Below are positions 51,531 to 63,902 of a DNA stretch of 64,000 bases, one piece after another (the stretch's first letter is position 1; each line of letters begins with the position of its first letter). The stretch is from NCBI GenBank assembly GCA_965112155.1, contig OZ218106.1. One strand, given 5' to 3'. Source of the DNA: Podarcis liolepis. Taxonomy: Eukaryota. Below the pieces are notes generated by a model that saw only the letters and a list, made by a program, of their open reading frames with translations, had not been told where the DNA came from and made no database searches. The translations under genes were made by a program, and so were the position numbers.

Positions 51531-52785
51531 CCGTATTTTTCGCTCTATAACACGCACCTGACCATAACACGCACATCGTTTTTAGAGGAGGAAAACAAGG
51601 GAAAAAATATTCTGAATGAAACAGTGGACGTATCATTTTTGTGCTTCATGCTGTGGCCACAGACATGTGATCTGATGGTGAATTTGGGGTGACCCAATGC
51701 AAAAATCCTGAGAATCCCTGTGGATCCATGCTTTGTAACCACGTTTTTGCACCATTGCAGCCCCAGGCAACAGTGGGTGCGTGATTTTTTTGGGGGGGGG
51801 ACAAGCTGTAGCCATGGACATGCTATGTGCTCTGATGGTGAATTTTGGCTGACCCAATGCAAAGATCCTGAGGATCCATGTGGATCCATGCTTTGTAACC
51901 ACGTTTTTGCACCATTGCAGCCCCAGGCAACAATGGGTGTGTGATTTTGGGGGGGCAGGCTGTAGCCATGGACCTGCTGTGTGCTCTGATGGTGAATTTG
52001 GGGTGACCCAATGCAAAGATCCTGAGGATCCATGTGGATCCATGCTTTGTAACCACATTTTAAGTGGGGAGGGAAGGAAAAACACAGAAGGCTAAGAATG
52101 CAGGAGAGGGCTATAACGTGAGGAAAGGAAGGCAAAAGTTTTCCCCCACCCACCCACCCAAGCCAGCCAGCGTGCGCTCTCTCTCTCTCCCTCTCCCTCC
52201 CACCAGCATGACAGAAGAAAGCATTTTAACTGCATTAAGAACTATTTAGCAGCGAAACCTAAGCTTTGCCATCCCTTAAGAGGTACAGACACTGTAATCT
52301 TCCAGATCGCATGAATTTACAGGCAAAACACTGTTTAAGGATTTCATCCTTTTAAATGGAAGAAAGCATATTTGAATGCTGTGTGTCTCCAAAAACAAAA
52401 AGTAGGAAGTCAAATCAGAATTTTAAGCCGAACCTGTAATCTCTCTTCCCTTCACATACATTGTTCCCTCCGGAGCAGGGACAGGATAGAGCGACGCTCT
52501 GCTCTCCTCTCTACTTGCCTGGAGGGGAGGGGCTTTCCCTGCTCTTTGTTCCGTTTGAGCAAACACAGTAACGAAACAGAGCAGGGTGGGCAGTAAGACC
52601 CTGAGGTAGAATGCAGGAAAACTGCCACTTCCTGTCTCACGGAGCTCCCTTCTCCCTGAAGCGCGGTTTGATTTTTGCCTCATTTTTCGGCTCCAGGGAG
52701 CACACATTCGCTCCATAACACGCACAGACATTTCCCCTTCCTTTTTAGGAGCAAAAATCTGCGTGTTATAGAGCAAAAAATACGG
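51531..52785. mobile_element. Non-autonomous Tc2-like element with ~160-bp tandem-repeat cargo
   Basis: TA-CCGTATTTTTCGCTCTATAACACGCA...TGCGTGTTATAGAGCAAAAAATACGG-TA. Confidence 0.9.
51671..52056. repeat. ~157-bp tandem repeat, ~2.5 copies
   Basis: tctgatggtgaattt starts at 51671, 51831 and 51985. Confidence 0.92.
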
Positions 52786-53214
52786 TACCTCTATTCATAA
52801 ACATCAGACTAGGTTAGAACAATAGTGGAAAAAACCTATACAATAAAAACCATATTAAAAAAGCTAAAATCAGGAATCTGCTAACTACTGTGGAAAGATA
52901 TCTTAAGTTTTCAGTATTTTATCCTAGTAGCTCATACTTGTGGAAGGAAGCACCATGTGCCAGTATAGTAAAATGTTTTTCCCCAAAGTATCAAGGGGAA
53001 GAAACTGCTTTGATAAACTTACATTTTCCCCTCTAATAAAATATTGTATGTGTGTAGTGTAGTGTAGTAAACTCTGCCACTGAGATGCAACCTAGCATAT
53101 AGCAGACTTGATTTACAGATTGTGTTTTCATTAACATAAATTGCTTTGCCCTTGCTTTAATGATAAAATTAAATGATAAAATTGGACACTAATAAAGAGA
53201 AGTATCACCATTCA

Positions 53215-53362
53215 ATAGAATCATAGAAATGTAGAGTTGGAATGGACCACGAGGGTCATCTAGTCCAACCCCTTGCAATGCAGAAATATTTTTTGCCCAA
53301 CATGGGGCTTGAATCCACAACTCTCAGATTAAGTGTCTGATGCTCTACTGACTGAGCTATTC
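53215..53362 (-). mobile_element. tRNA(Lys)-like SINE with CR1-derived tail
   Basis: Minus strand reads atagctcagtcagtagagcatcagacacttaatctgagagttgtggattcaagccccatgttgggc, followed by a CR1 tail. Confidence 0.8.
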
Positions 53363-55384
53363 CAATAGCTTTCTTCAAAGGAAAGAAGAAAGCATACAAG
53401 AAAAACTCTGTACTGTAGTGGTATTGTCAATCACTTAGAGACAGTCATAGCAAACATTTGCTATATGCTATATGCAGGGGGAAATGATCTAAAGTATGGC
53501 TTGCATGTTTCTAAACATCTAGTAGACATGCGCCTGGATGTCCTGATGGCCACAACTGCATAGTTATGTGTCACACCATAATACTTACTATGGCACCAAA
53601 AGCCTGCTGCATCAAGCATGAATGGGCCCTTATTCAGTTCACTTAGTCTCACAACAGCCATATAGATAATTACTACTCCCATTTTATGAAACTCAAAAAC
53701 TGAGGCTAGGAGTGAGGTTCTTAGGTGACTTGTCCTAAGGTTATTCAACAAGTCTCATGCTCATCTAAGGTTTAAACCTGTTCTGTGTAGTTCCAAGTCC
53801 AGTACTATTGACCACAGTGTTAGTTTTCCTTGCCTGGTTTTTTTGTTGTTTTTTTAAGTTGTACCTTTCACGCATCTTTAAAACGTGGTTCATTGGATGT
53901 ATCTGAAACCTATCTGGCCATTATACGGTGACACAAGAAAGGGAATTTTCTGTAGCAGTGGAATTCCTTCTCCGTGGAACCTAGTTTGTCCTTCTCAGTG
54001 ACAGCTTCCCAGTATCATCCCAGGATCCACTGAAGACACAACTGGTCACTTGGGTTTGCGGGTAATGATAGCGATATTGAGCCTCAAAGTTAGTCTATTT
54101 TTTATTGCTGTGTTATGGAAATTGTTTTGGCTGATGGATATAGTTTAATACTCTTAATTGTTTTTAGAACCGGTTGTTTTATGTGTGTTTTGTCTATAAA
54201 CCACCCTGGGATCCCATGGGAGGAAAGGCAGTTTAGAAATTAAGAATATGTGCCCTTTTTCTGCCATAACTGTGTCTGATATCCCATCTGCATGTTACGA
54301 AAATGAAAATATTTAGCAACTTTTGTATGTTTCTCTACACACGTTTAGGGAATGCAAGTAGGGTAATTGGTTGCTAAAATTTCTGTTCTTAGCAACTGCC
54401 TGGTTTTGCTTCCTTTCTACCAATTCTGCTACATTTGTTTTCTTGTGGGTTTTCCATTCACCTTTTTCTGTTCACTGTTTTCAAATGTTGTAGTTTTCCT
54501 GTAATGCAGTTGTGCTGTTTACCACATCCCTGGTTAAGCCCTCTTCCTTATCTGATTCTTTTGCTTCATCATTTGAATTGGATAAGGTTTCACCGAAGCA
54601 TTGGTAAAGACTGAGAATAAAGTAGTTGTTGTTTTTAAAAAAGAGAATGAATTTACACTTTAGGATGATTCAGATTTCAAAACCATGAAAGACTAAATTT
54701 AAAAATATGTATTTGCTTCCAATGCCGTCTTTACTTGCTGGATGACGGCAGTACAATTATATGGTTGTTGTCCCGGCTTTTAAAGTTCCCATTAAAGTCG
54801 TATGAGGCAATCTGGACATACAGGTTTGCCTATGTAAATTCTTAGCTTTGCACATATGTTGAGTTTAAGGTACACATCTTCCTCTCCACATTGGATCATT
54901 TATTTTACTGACTTTGCAGTAGCAGTCTAAGCATTGAAGTGTGTCCATGGAATTATTATTTTTTAAACCCAGTGCTGCTGAATTTCATTACGTAGTTTTG
55001 CCAACGGGTGGTTGGACTGCTGGGCTGCTCTCTTGTGGATCCTTGGTTCATCCAATATCCAGAATTTGGTCTTCAACAATTATATTAATCTTACAAAATG
55101 GTTAATACTCTTAGTGTGTGGGTTTTAAGATTAAGACCATGGCTTCTGCAATAAACTGCCTATTACATTTAGAATGAAAAATACACTAGGCATTTCTAAC
55201 TAGTTTATTATTTTAAATGCTCTTGTGCCCACCAGTAAAGGGTTAGGTTGTCTAGCATGACAGAAGCGGCCTTCTCAGTGGAGGCACCACAGTTACAGAA
55301 CTCTCTTCTGAATAATTGAAGTATACTGGACCCCACTATAGTGCAGGCTCTCTTTTCAATGCTCCCCTTCCCCAAGGGTACAAA

Positions 55385-55520
55385 TTGGGTGGCTAACCTG
55401 TGGCCCTCCAGACGTTGTGATACTCCAGCTTCCACCAGCACTCAGCTAGCATGCCGAATGGTAGGGAATGATGGGAGTTGTAGTCCAGCAACATCTGTAG
55501 CACCACAAATTAACCACCTC
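55385..55520. mobile_element. Decayed URR1-like hAT MITE
   Basis: ggccctccaga...gatgggagttgtagtccagcaacatctg. Confidence 0.6.
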
Positions 55521-56749
55521 AGTGTGCATGGTTTATGTGATTCAGGGAAGCTTTCGCATAGATAGCAATGTGTACCATTCTGATGTATCTTAAACAGTAC
55601 ATCTTGTGTACATTACCTTGCGAGAGCATGGCTCTGAAAAGTGCCATATAAATACTTTGAATGAATTAAAAATTAGTCCATTGTACAGAGTCTCTGTATT
55701 ACATTTGGACAGTTTATTAGCATTTCCTTTTATTGCCATGGGGATAGAGGGGTAAGATCATTTTCTTTGTATACTTTGTTACATTTCAATTAAATAGCTA
55801 GTTTTAATCTTTATAATGGTAACTGGCTACACAATTAGGTGTTTTTTAATCTGTTTTGTAATAGAGAGCCATTTTCTAAGGCAGGAAAAATGGCATTTGG
55901 TTAAATAGACGTTTCAGGTCCTGCTATGTATGTGGGCAGTGGTTCGGAAAGTCAGTGTGTGTGTGACTATGGCTGTGTACAGACTTCTCCTTTAAAATCT
56001 GAATTTTAAAAATGAGGATTTTAGTTGGTAAACACCTGACTCCAGAAAGTTGACAGTTCACAAGATCTCATATTAATTTCTCAGAGTTTAAAAACTGTGG
56101 CTTCCTATATGTACATATCTTTCATAGGAAGCCTTGACTTCTGCACTCAGTTCAGGATAATTCTAAACTTGCTGTTCCATACAAATGTTACTCTGAACAA
56201 GGTGAAATGACTAAATTGCTAAACAATTCCAATTCAATTAAATAAATGTTTGGCACATTGTTCTATTATTATTAGTCATCGAGTTCCCATGGCAAGCTTT
56301 TGTGGAGAGTCTTGCATGCTTAAGGATAACAATGTTAGATAGTACTATGCAATATGTAAAGCATGCCTTCCTACTGTAGCTTGGCATCCATACCTCGTGA
56401 TATTAATGATATGAAAGAAATGTAAATGATAAGCAGTGATGATGAAGTGATGAGTCCAAGGTCTACAATTAACTTTTTATTTTTAATGCAGTTATAACAA
56501 GGTTTTAAGTGTTGGTATGATGAGTTTGAGAAGGCTATCTCAATATTTTTTCCATTAAGCTAGTGTAGATCTAGTTATCATAAAAGTTGCTATTAAGCGT
56601 TCGGATTACCTTTGTGTTGCATTTAAAACAAGGAAGCTGCATTTCAAGTGGAAATACGAAATAAAAGTGTTAGACAGTATCAAGTTTTCACTCATTAGGT
56701 AAATGGAGATCTGTCTTAATTTTTGAAGTACAGGCTATAGCAATACAGT

Positions 56750-57125
56750 AAGAAGAAGAAGAGGAGGAGGAGGAGGAAGAAATTATTTCTACCCCGCCCA
56801 TATGGCTGGGTTTCCCCAGCCACTCTGGGTGGCTTTCAACAGAACATTAAAAACAGAATAAAACTTAAAACATTAAAAACTTCCCTAAACAGGATTGCCT
56901 TGGATGTCTTCTAAAAGTCGGATAGTTGTTTATTCCCTTGACATCTGATGGGAGGGCATTCCACAGGGCAAGCGCCACTACCGAGAAGGCCCTCTGCCTG
57001 GTTCCCTGCAACTTTGCTTCTTGCAGTGAGGGAACCGCCAGAAAGCCCTCGAAGCTGGACCTCAGTGTCTGGGCTGAGTGATGGGGGTGGAGACGCTCCT
57101 TCAGGTATACTGGGCCAAGGCCAAG
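56750..57125 (-). mobile_element. L2-like LINE 3' fragment with purine trinucleotide tail
   Basis: gggagggcattccacaggg...gagaaggccctctgcc and accccgccca...ccagccactctgggtggctt resemble squamate L2 3' ends. Confidence 0.65.
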
Positions 57126-57209
57126 GCTAAAATAAATTTTATATTTACTCCAATTAATGGAATGAATAATACTTGTCCTTTTGCGAAGCTGTATATGTAA
57201 TTAACATCC

Positions 57210-57540
57210 CATATTAGCTCAGTGGTAGAGCATCTGCCTTGAATGCAAGAGGTCCCTGGTGCAATCTCTGACATCTCCAGGTAGGGCCGTAAGAGCATCC
57301 CTGCCTGAAACTCTGGAGAAAAGTTGCCAGTCAGTGTAGACCAGGCACCCCCACACTCAACCCTCCAGATGTTTTGGGACTACAATTCCCATCATCCCTG
57401 ACCACTGGTCCTGTTAGCTAGGGATGGTGGGAGTTGTAGGCCCAAAACATCTGGAGGGCCAAGTTTGGGGGTGCCTGCTGTAGACAGTACTGAACTAGAT
57501 GGACCAATGGTCTGATTCATAGGTAGTTTCCTATGTTTCT
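57210..57540 (+). mobile_element. tRNA-derived SINE (Squam2-like) split by a hAT MITE
   Basis: tagctcagtggtagagcatctg head; gccagtcagtgtagac|agtactgaactagatggaccaatggtctga...tcctatgtt tail. Confidence 0.75.
57342..57477. mobile_element. URR1-like hAT MITE
   Basis: Ends CAGGCACCCCCA and TGGGGGTGCCTG; 8-bp TSD gtgtagac/ctgtagac. Confidence 0.88.
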
Positions 57541-58197
57541 GAAAAATAAGTAACAATGTCCTAACACTGGTTGCATAATAAACTTCTTTGAGTATCCCTG
57601 TGGATTGTCATGGCTGTCTCCTTCATTAAGGTGCCGCCTTCATTTGTAGGGTCTTGATTTCATTGCTCAATTTTACTGCCAAAGAGGCAAGGTCCTTTGG
57701 TGTTTCAACAGCACATTGACCCATTAGGAATGGAACTACTTCAGTAAAATCATGGACATCTCTCATGTGCATGACCTCCTCCTTTGGATCATAGTATGTA
57801 CACTCAAAGACTAGGCTAACAAGCCTTGAGCAAGAAGGTTTAAAGCAATGGTCCTTGCCTCTGTTGTTTACAAACATGGCACTAAGGTGTCTCCTAGAGC
57901 CCAAGAGCCATAGGGTGGGGCTACTAATTGGTGTGTCTGGATTGGTCATCCTATTTGCACACAGCCTACAAATTGATGCTTCAACCATGCTACTCAGCAT
58001 ATCCAGTCTAATTTTGTTTCTCTCTGCTATTATTTTGTTGCAGGTTTCTGAGAAATGACTGATTTCCTGCATTCCCCGTCGCTGATGGTAAATTAACAGT
58101 TCTGGTGTGCAGATAATAAGTTGCTGCTGTGTGTTTGGTGCTCCATGCACATCTGAGGAAGTAAGTCTCTCTCTCTCATAGAGAGAGAGGCTGTAAA

Positions 58198-58671
58198 ATG
58201 CACGTTATGAATTGTGTCTCTTTGGTCAATGACAAAGAAAATGGAGCTATTTCAGTTGAAGCTGGATTAATGATTGGAGATACGACAGAACCAGAAGAAC
58301 AACTGCCTCCAGCACCACCACCGCCACCACCTCTACCATGTCCACCTGCAGAAGCTGGATTTTCTTCACTAGAAGTGGTGCCACCTCCTCCACCCCCTCC
58401 ACCTCTAGCACTGAGCAGAGCTCCACTGCCACAGCTGGTAAATGGGCATGGCCACCAGAGCAAGAAAAAGAGACTACGTAGCTTCTTCTGGAAAACTATA
58501 CCTGAAGAACAAGTCCGTGGCAAAAACAATATCTGGACTATTGGTGCTAAACAGAATTATCAGATTGACACAAAGACAATGGAGGAGTTCTTTGGCCAGC
58601 AAGAAGAGACGCCACCCCGAGGTTCCAAAACCAAAACTTTAAGGAGGTCCTTTAAAGATACTAAACAAGAG
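58198..58671 (+). CDS. FHDC1: FH2 domain-containing protein 1 (inverted formin 1), first coding exon (exon ~58044-58671): poly-proline FH1 region and start of FH2; gene continues beyond the window
   Basis: MHVMNCVSLVNDKENG..., PPPPP tracts and KKKRLRSFFWKTIPEEQVRGKNNIW match FHDC1. Acceptor ttgttgcag| ends at 58043, donor GAG|gtaagt at 58672; syntenic with ARFIP1. Confidence 0.96.
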
Positions 58672-60159
58672 GTAAGTGTGAGCGTACTTCCTCTTCGTTA
58701 AAGAAAACCTTATGTGTTGGAAGTTGCTATGGAACTTCTTGCCTTCGTTTCCCTTGCCCACTGTTCTTGTGCTGTAGCCTTATTCCTATCAGGAAAAATG
58801 TTTGTTTATTAAATCTGCACACTACTCTTTATCTGTAGCTAGAGCCTAAATTTGTGTGTCGCTCAAAATTGATGGTTGAAGGTGTCTGTAGATCAAGATG
58901 CAATGAGATGGGGTTAATGTATTTGTAATTTGACATTGCCTGAAGTATTTAAGGATCGTTGGGACTTTGTATATTAGTGTGTGGTTCAGATACATCTGCT
59001 CTCATGAAAAGGGCAAGCCCCTATCTCTCATGAAAAACTTGGACAGTGTCTCAGAACTTGTGCTGTCCAGAATTCCCACTAGTTTTTTATTTGTTAGAGC
59101 TCGAGTGGACTCTATGCTTTACTAACCAACCCAGTATTTGTTACCAGAACACACTCTCTTTACCGGGTAGAGGCTTGCCTGAAATACAGCTCCTTCTCCT
59201 CAAAGTCCCAACAGTTCAGAGCTGGAGTGCGCTGAGGTTCTTTGTTCCTTGGCGCCTCCACCATTCGAGCTCCAAGCTTCCAGCATCGGAAGGGAGAGGT
59301 GAACTGTTTTGCTGTGCCTCTGTGCAAACAGGTGCTCAGAGCTGGAAGGGAGAGGCAGAAGCTGGTTCTGCCTCTATGCCTGACTCGTGTTTAGGAGCCC
59401 TCATGCCTCCACCTCTTCATTCCAGCTGCCAGAGCTGAAGGTGGGAGGTAGAGGCTTGTAATGGATCTATGATAGCACCCAGTAAATCAAGAGTGGCCCT
59501 ACCATTGGGCATAGTGAAGTGACACCTCAGGTGGCACATGTTGGAATGGTGGTATTGCACGAAGCTCCCCTTGGCTGTTTCTCCAAAGTCTCCCCCCTAG
59601 CCATTCCTGTCTGTTGGTGGGTGGAGACTCTTTTTTTGCAACTTGGTCTGTCCTGCCCCCTCTCCTGCCAAAAAACCCCCACACTATCCTGCTGTCTCAC
59701 GTGCAGTGGAGGATATAATATTGTCACTAGTGATGAAGTAAGATTCCAGCACCAGTCTATAGTTAGTTTCTCTGCTGGGAAGGGGTGCTTTACCCGTCTT
59801 GATTCATTTATTTTTTTTAATTTGAGGCAGTGTAAAATAGATAAACTAAAGCAGGTTTGTTTTATTGCATTATTTTGCGTGTAGCATTTGCATTGTTTGA
59901 CACAGAATACGTGAGAGTGGTGGTATTTTTCTTAATGCATGGCTCTGTAGTCTGCAGCTCACTTCTTTTCTTCTGACTTTGAGGCAGTGGAGGTGACCCT
60001 AGTACCTGGAGCAACGAACCTTCCTGAGTCAGTATGGGCACACATGTTTCTGGTGTGCTTAAGGTCTTTGTCTTGGCTACTTGTTAGATCTGTTTGCACA
60101 TAATTCATTTCTTCATTCAGGAAAATTGAGGTTGCTTAGTGAATGCACACTAAGGAAGT

Positions 60160-60640
60160 CAGATTATCCTCCACCAGGGCCAGGGCCTTCTCAGTGATGG
60201 CTCCGACCTGGTGGAATGCTCTGCCCCATGAAACAAGGGCCCTGCAGGATTTAACTTCCTTCTGCAGGGCCTGTAAAACAAAGCTATTCCACCTGGCTTT
60301 CAATCTGAACTTAGCCTGATCTTTCATTCCCCTTCCTTCCTTCCCTCCCCCTCCCCTTTTTATGAAGATTACCCGCTCTGGGATCTCACAGCTAATTCTC
60401 CCCTGGTCTCCTCACTGGCCCAAATAGGACTAATTTAGCCAGCTAGCCCTGGTGATCATCTAATGTTTATTGGATGGTTTTCCCCCCTAAATTGATTTTT
60501 GAATTCTGAATTTATTGTTATTCACATTTTATATTGTATTTTATGCTGTTTTTTTGTTGCATCAATTAAGTGTTTTGAATTTGTTGTTAGCTGCCCTGAG
60601 CCCAGTTTTCTGAACCGGGAAGGGCGGGCTATAAATAAAA

Positions 60641-60674
<34 letters not shown>
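60160..60674 (+). mobile_element. L2-like LINE 3' end with (TTA)n tail
   Basis: agggccttctcagtg...tggaatgctctgcc...agctgccctgag...gggcgggctataaataaa, then (TTA)n. Confidence 0.75.
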
Positions 60675-61242
60675 TGACCTGTACTAATGAGCTGGTGAAT
60701 ATTAAAGGGATAAGGAGGTTGGGCCACTAGCTATGTACAGTGGAAAGAAGTAAAAGCAGTCTAAAACCTGGAGGTTGGGCACTGCATGCATGGAGGGCTT
60801 CCATCAGCAAAGAAATATTTGTGTCAGAAGTGGCTTTCTTTTCAGGAAATGCTGTATACAAAATGGTTCATGGTGCCATTACCCTCATAAAGTTAGTTGT
60901 TTGGATTGTAGCCAGAAGAGTTGGTAGGCAGCACATTTGCTGCCATGCATCCTAAACTGTGCTCGGGTGTTAGGGTTGCAATCCTAAGCACACACATTAG
61001 TGAGTCACCTCCCTTGAGCTCCGTGGACTTGCAATCCTAAGCATGTTTACTGAAAAGCATCACATGATAGGAACATGTTAGCTCTTCTTGAAAAATTACA
61101 AACCGATTTAACTTTTATCTCGTGGCAAATGCCTCTAAAATAACTTATGGGAGATTATTACAAATGTATAAGGAAGACTAAATCCATAAAACAACACTGC
61201 ATTTTTGTGGAAATATCCTTGTGTAAATATTTTATCAAATTA

Positions 61243-61413
61243 CCGTATTTTTCGCTCTATAACACGCACCCGACCATAATACGCACATAGTTTTTAGAGG
61301 AGGCAAATCCGTAGGCATGCCACCCATAGGCATTCCCTCCATAACACGCACAGACATTTCCCCTTACTTTCTAGGAGGAAAAAAAAATGAGTGTTATGGT
61401 GCAAAAAATACGG
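61243..61413. mobile_element. 171-bp internally deleted MITE of the Tc2-like family at 51531
   Basis: TA-CCGTATTTTTCGCTCTATAACACGCAC...GCAAAAAATACGG-TA; both subterminal blocks match 51531-52785. Confidence 0.9.
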
Positions 61414-62188
61414 TATGTGTTCTCGAAAAAAATAATTTGATACCTTGTGTATATCATAAGCAGTTCCACTGCTTATTTATCATTCATGAGTGTATGTTCT
61501 ATAAACTGATCGTTCTCTTTTTATAATATGCTAATATGTTTGGGCTGTGCCTTTTGAAGCTTTTGCCTCTTAGCATTACTGTTGTGTTGAAAATGCAATC
61601 TAGACAGACTTTTGGAAAGCTGCTAATGTTAGGTTTTGCTAGGTTGGGTGTCTGTGTGGGGACGTCATCATGTGGTTTGGGAAAAATGTCTAAGATAGTG
61701 TGCAAGCACAATTAGAAGAAAATAATGATGCAGTCTCTGGTAGAAATTCACAGAAAAGACAAGTTCATGCATATAGAACTAAACAAGAACCACCTGATAA
61801 TTCTAGGAGCACATTTAGAAAAAATCTGCTTGGAAGCATCTTTCTGTCTGACTACAGATTGTTACAAGTTGGTAAAGGAGTTTGTATACTATGACTAAAC
61901 ACATACACATATTTGGTAAGATTGAAAGGGAGGGTAGCAAAGTGGGTGTATATACTTAAGTGTGTTAATCATAGCTGTGTGTACATTTGAAAAGTTACTT
62001 AAAGTTCTTGTCCACCTCCTGCAGAGAGGTTGCTACCTGTAGTTTTTTGTTGTTGATTTTAGTAGCTGACCTCAAACCACTTTATTCCAGAGTGGTTCTA
62101 TAAATGTTTAATGGTGTTGTCACACAGAAAATAGTTTGAGGTCTCAAAACAAGTTATTTCATTGCCATGGAAAAGCAATATATACATA

Positions 62189-62552
62189 AAAGGTAAACGT
62201 AAATGACCCCTGGATGGTTAAGTCCAGTCAAGGCGACTCTGGGGTTGCGGCGCTCATCTCGCTTTCAGGCCGAGGGAGCCAGCGTTTGTCCACAGACAAC
62301 TTTCCGGGTCATGTGGCCAGCATGACTAAACCACTTCTGGTGCAACGGAACATCATGACGGAAGCCAGAGCGCACAGAAATGCCATTTTACCTTCCCGCC
62401 ACAGCAGTACCTATTTATATGCTTGCAATAGTGTGCTTTTGAACTGCTAGCTTGACAGAAGCTGGGACAGAGCAACAGGAGCTCATCTAGTTGTGCAGAT
62501 GTGAACTGCCGACCTTCAAGTTGGCAAGCCCAAGAGGCTCAGTGGTTTAGAC
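62189..62552 (-). mobile_element. Sauria SINE (Squam1), more diverged copy
   Basis: aaaggtaaa tail, ggggttgcggcgctcatctcgc, tttccgggtcatgtggccagcatgact. Confidence 0.85.
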
Positions 62553-63902
62553 CAGAAAACATACTGCACGTAAGCAAAATGTAATGATCTGAAGGAATTT
62601 AAATATTTTGCGTGAAACTGTTGGGTTAGATTAAACCCCTGCCAAGTAAAAATCTGCAGTGAAGACCAGGTTGTTCCATGGCAAAGGATGCAAAGTTGAC
62701 CCATGGCACAGTTTAGCTTGCCCATCACTGTGTATCTGTAATATTTAACCAAACTATGGATTTGTATGAGTGCAGACAGAGGCTGGGGTAAAGACAGGTG
62801 TACCATTAATACTAGGGCTCCGGACTAATCTCGAATCGGGCCAAACCTGGATTGATCCAGGATTTGCCACGGAGCAGGCTGAGGCAGTCTCTTGAATGCC
62901 CTGGGTTGAGGCCACCTGGAGTGATCTGGGGCTGTCATAGCAGGAGGGGCAGTTGGGCAATTGGGCATGCTTCTACCCCCCCAACTACATGTTCAAATAA
63001 AGTTTAAAACCCTGATTAAACATGTGGTTTGGAGGGGGATCACATATTTAATTAGGATGCATCGTAGGCATACCAACTTCCAGACACTGGTGTACAATTA
63101 TGATGGTAAACTAAAAGTCATTCCATGCTGTCTTCAGCATGTGGCGCAGGCATGTGTATACCTGGTTCAGTGTGACTGGAAAGCAGCAGAAATTGATCGG
63201 AAGCTTTTGATTCCCACTATTACGATCCTGAGAACAGGCCCCTAGAGAGCAGTTGAACAGCTGAACCACAAATGACTGAATGCTTTACAGCAGGCATAGA
63301 CAAACTATGCCTGCTTTCCAGTGTTGCTGTGATGAAAAAACATGGATCTGAGGCATATCTCCATATAATCCCTCATAATTTTTACAAGAGATTCCACCTA
63401 TTAAACAGTAGGCCACCCAGTATATGAGTTCTGTGATTTGGTGATGGGTTTTCTTGTCAGCCTATGTGAAAATCATGAAGATCCATGTGGATCTGTGCCT
63501 TGGATTGATGTCTTTGTGGCAAGCACTGGATCTGAATATATTTTTTTTCCCTCTGCAATCCACCAGCATAAACTTAATTTTGCTGGTGTTTTGGGGAAAT
63601 CACACAAATTCAAGGCAATCCAGTTTAATTCCTCTGCATCTGATTTTTATCCATATCTCGTGGAAATTGTGCACACACAACCACATATTGTGTATTTCTG
63701 TTTTGGACAAGTGACAAGGGAGGGAGAGGGGGAAGAATGAACCAGAGGGACTGAGGTGCTATGACAACTTTTCAAAATTCCAGGTGTGATCATGGGGTCC
63801 AAAAGAATGGTGACCCCGGCGAGAAAGGAATATACAAGTCTTTGTTGATGCCCCAATATTATTTCTTTATCTGTCTTGTGATTTTTATCTATAGCTCTAG
63901 AG

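Noticed and set aside
51545-52153. 202-aa and 150-aa repetitive ORFs
   Set aside because: Translations of the ~157-bp tandem repeat; unit lengths of 160 and 154 are not multiples of three.
57626-58150. 174-aa antisense ORF overlapping the FHDC1 acceptor
   Set aside because: Starts at GTG, has no recognisable homology or clear exon structure; treated as a chance ORF without expression data.
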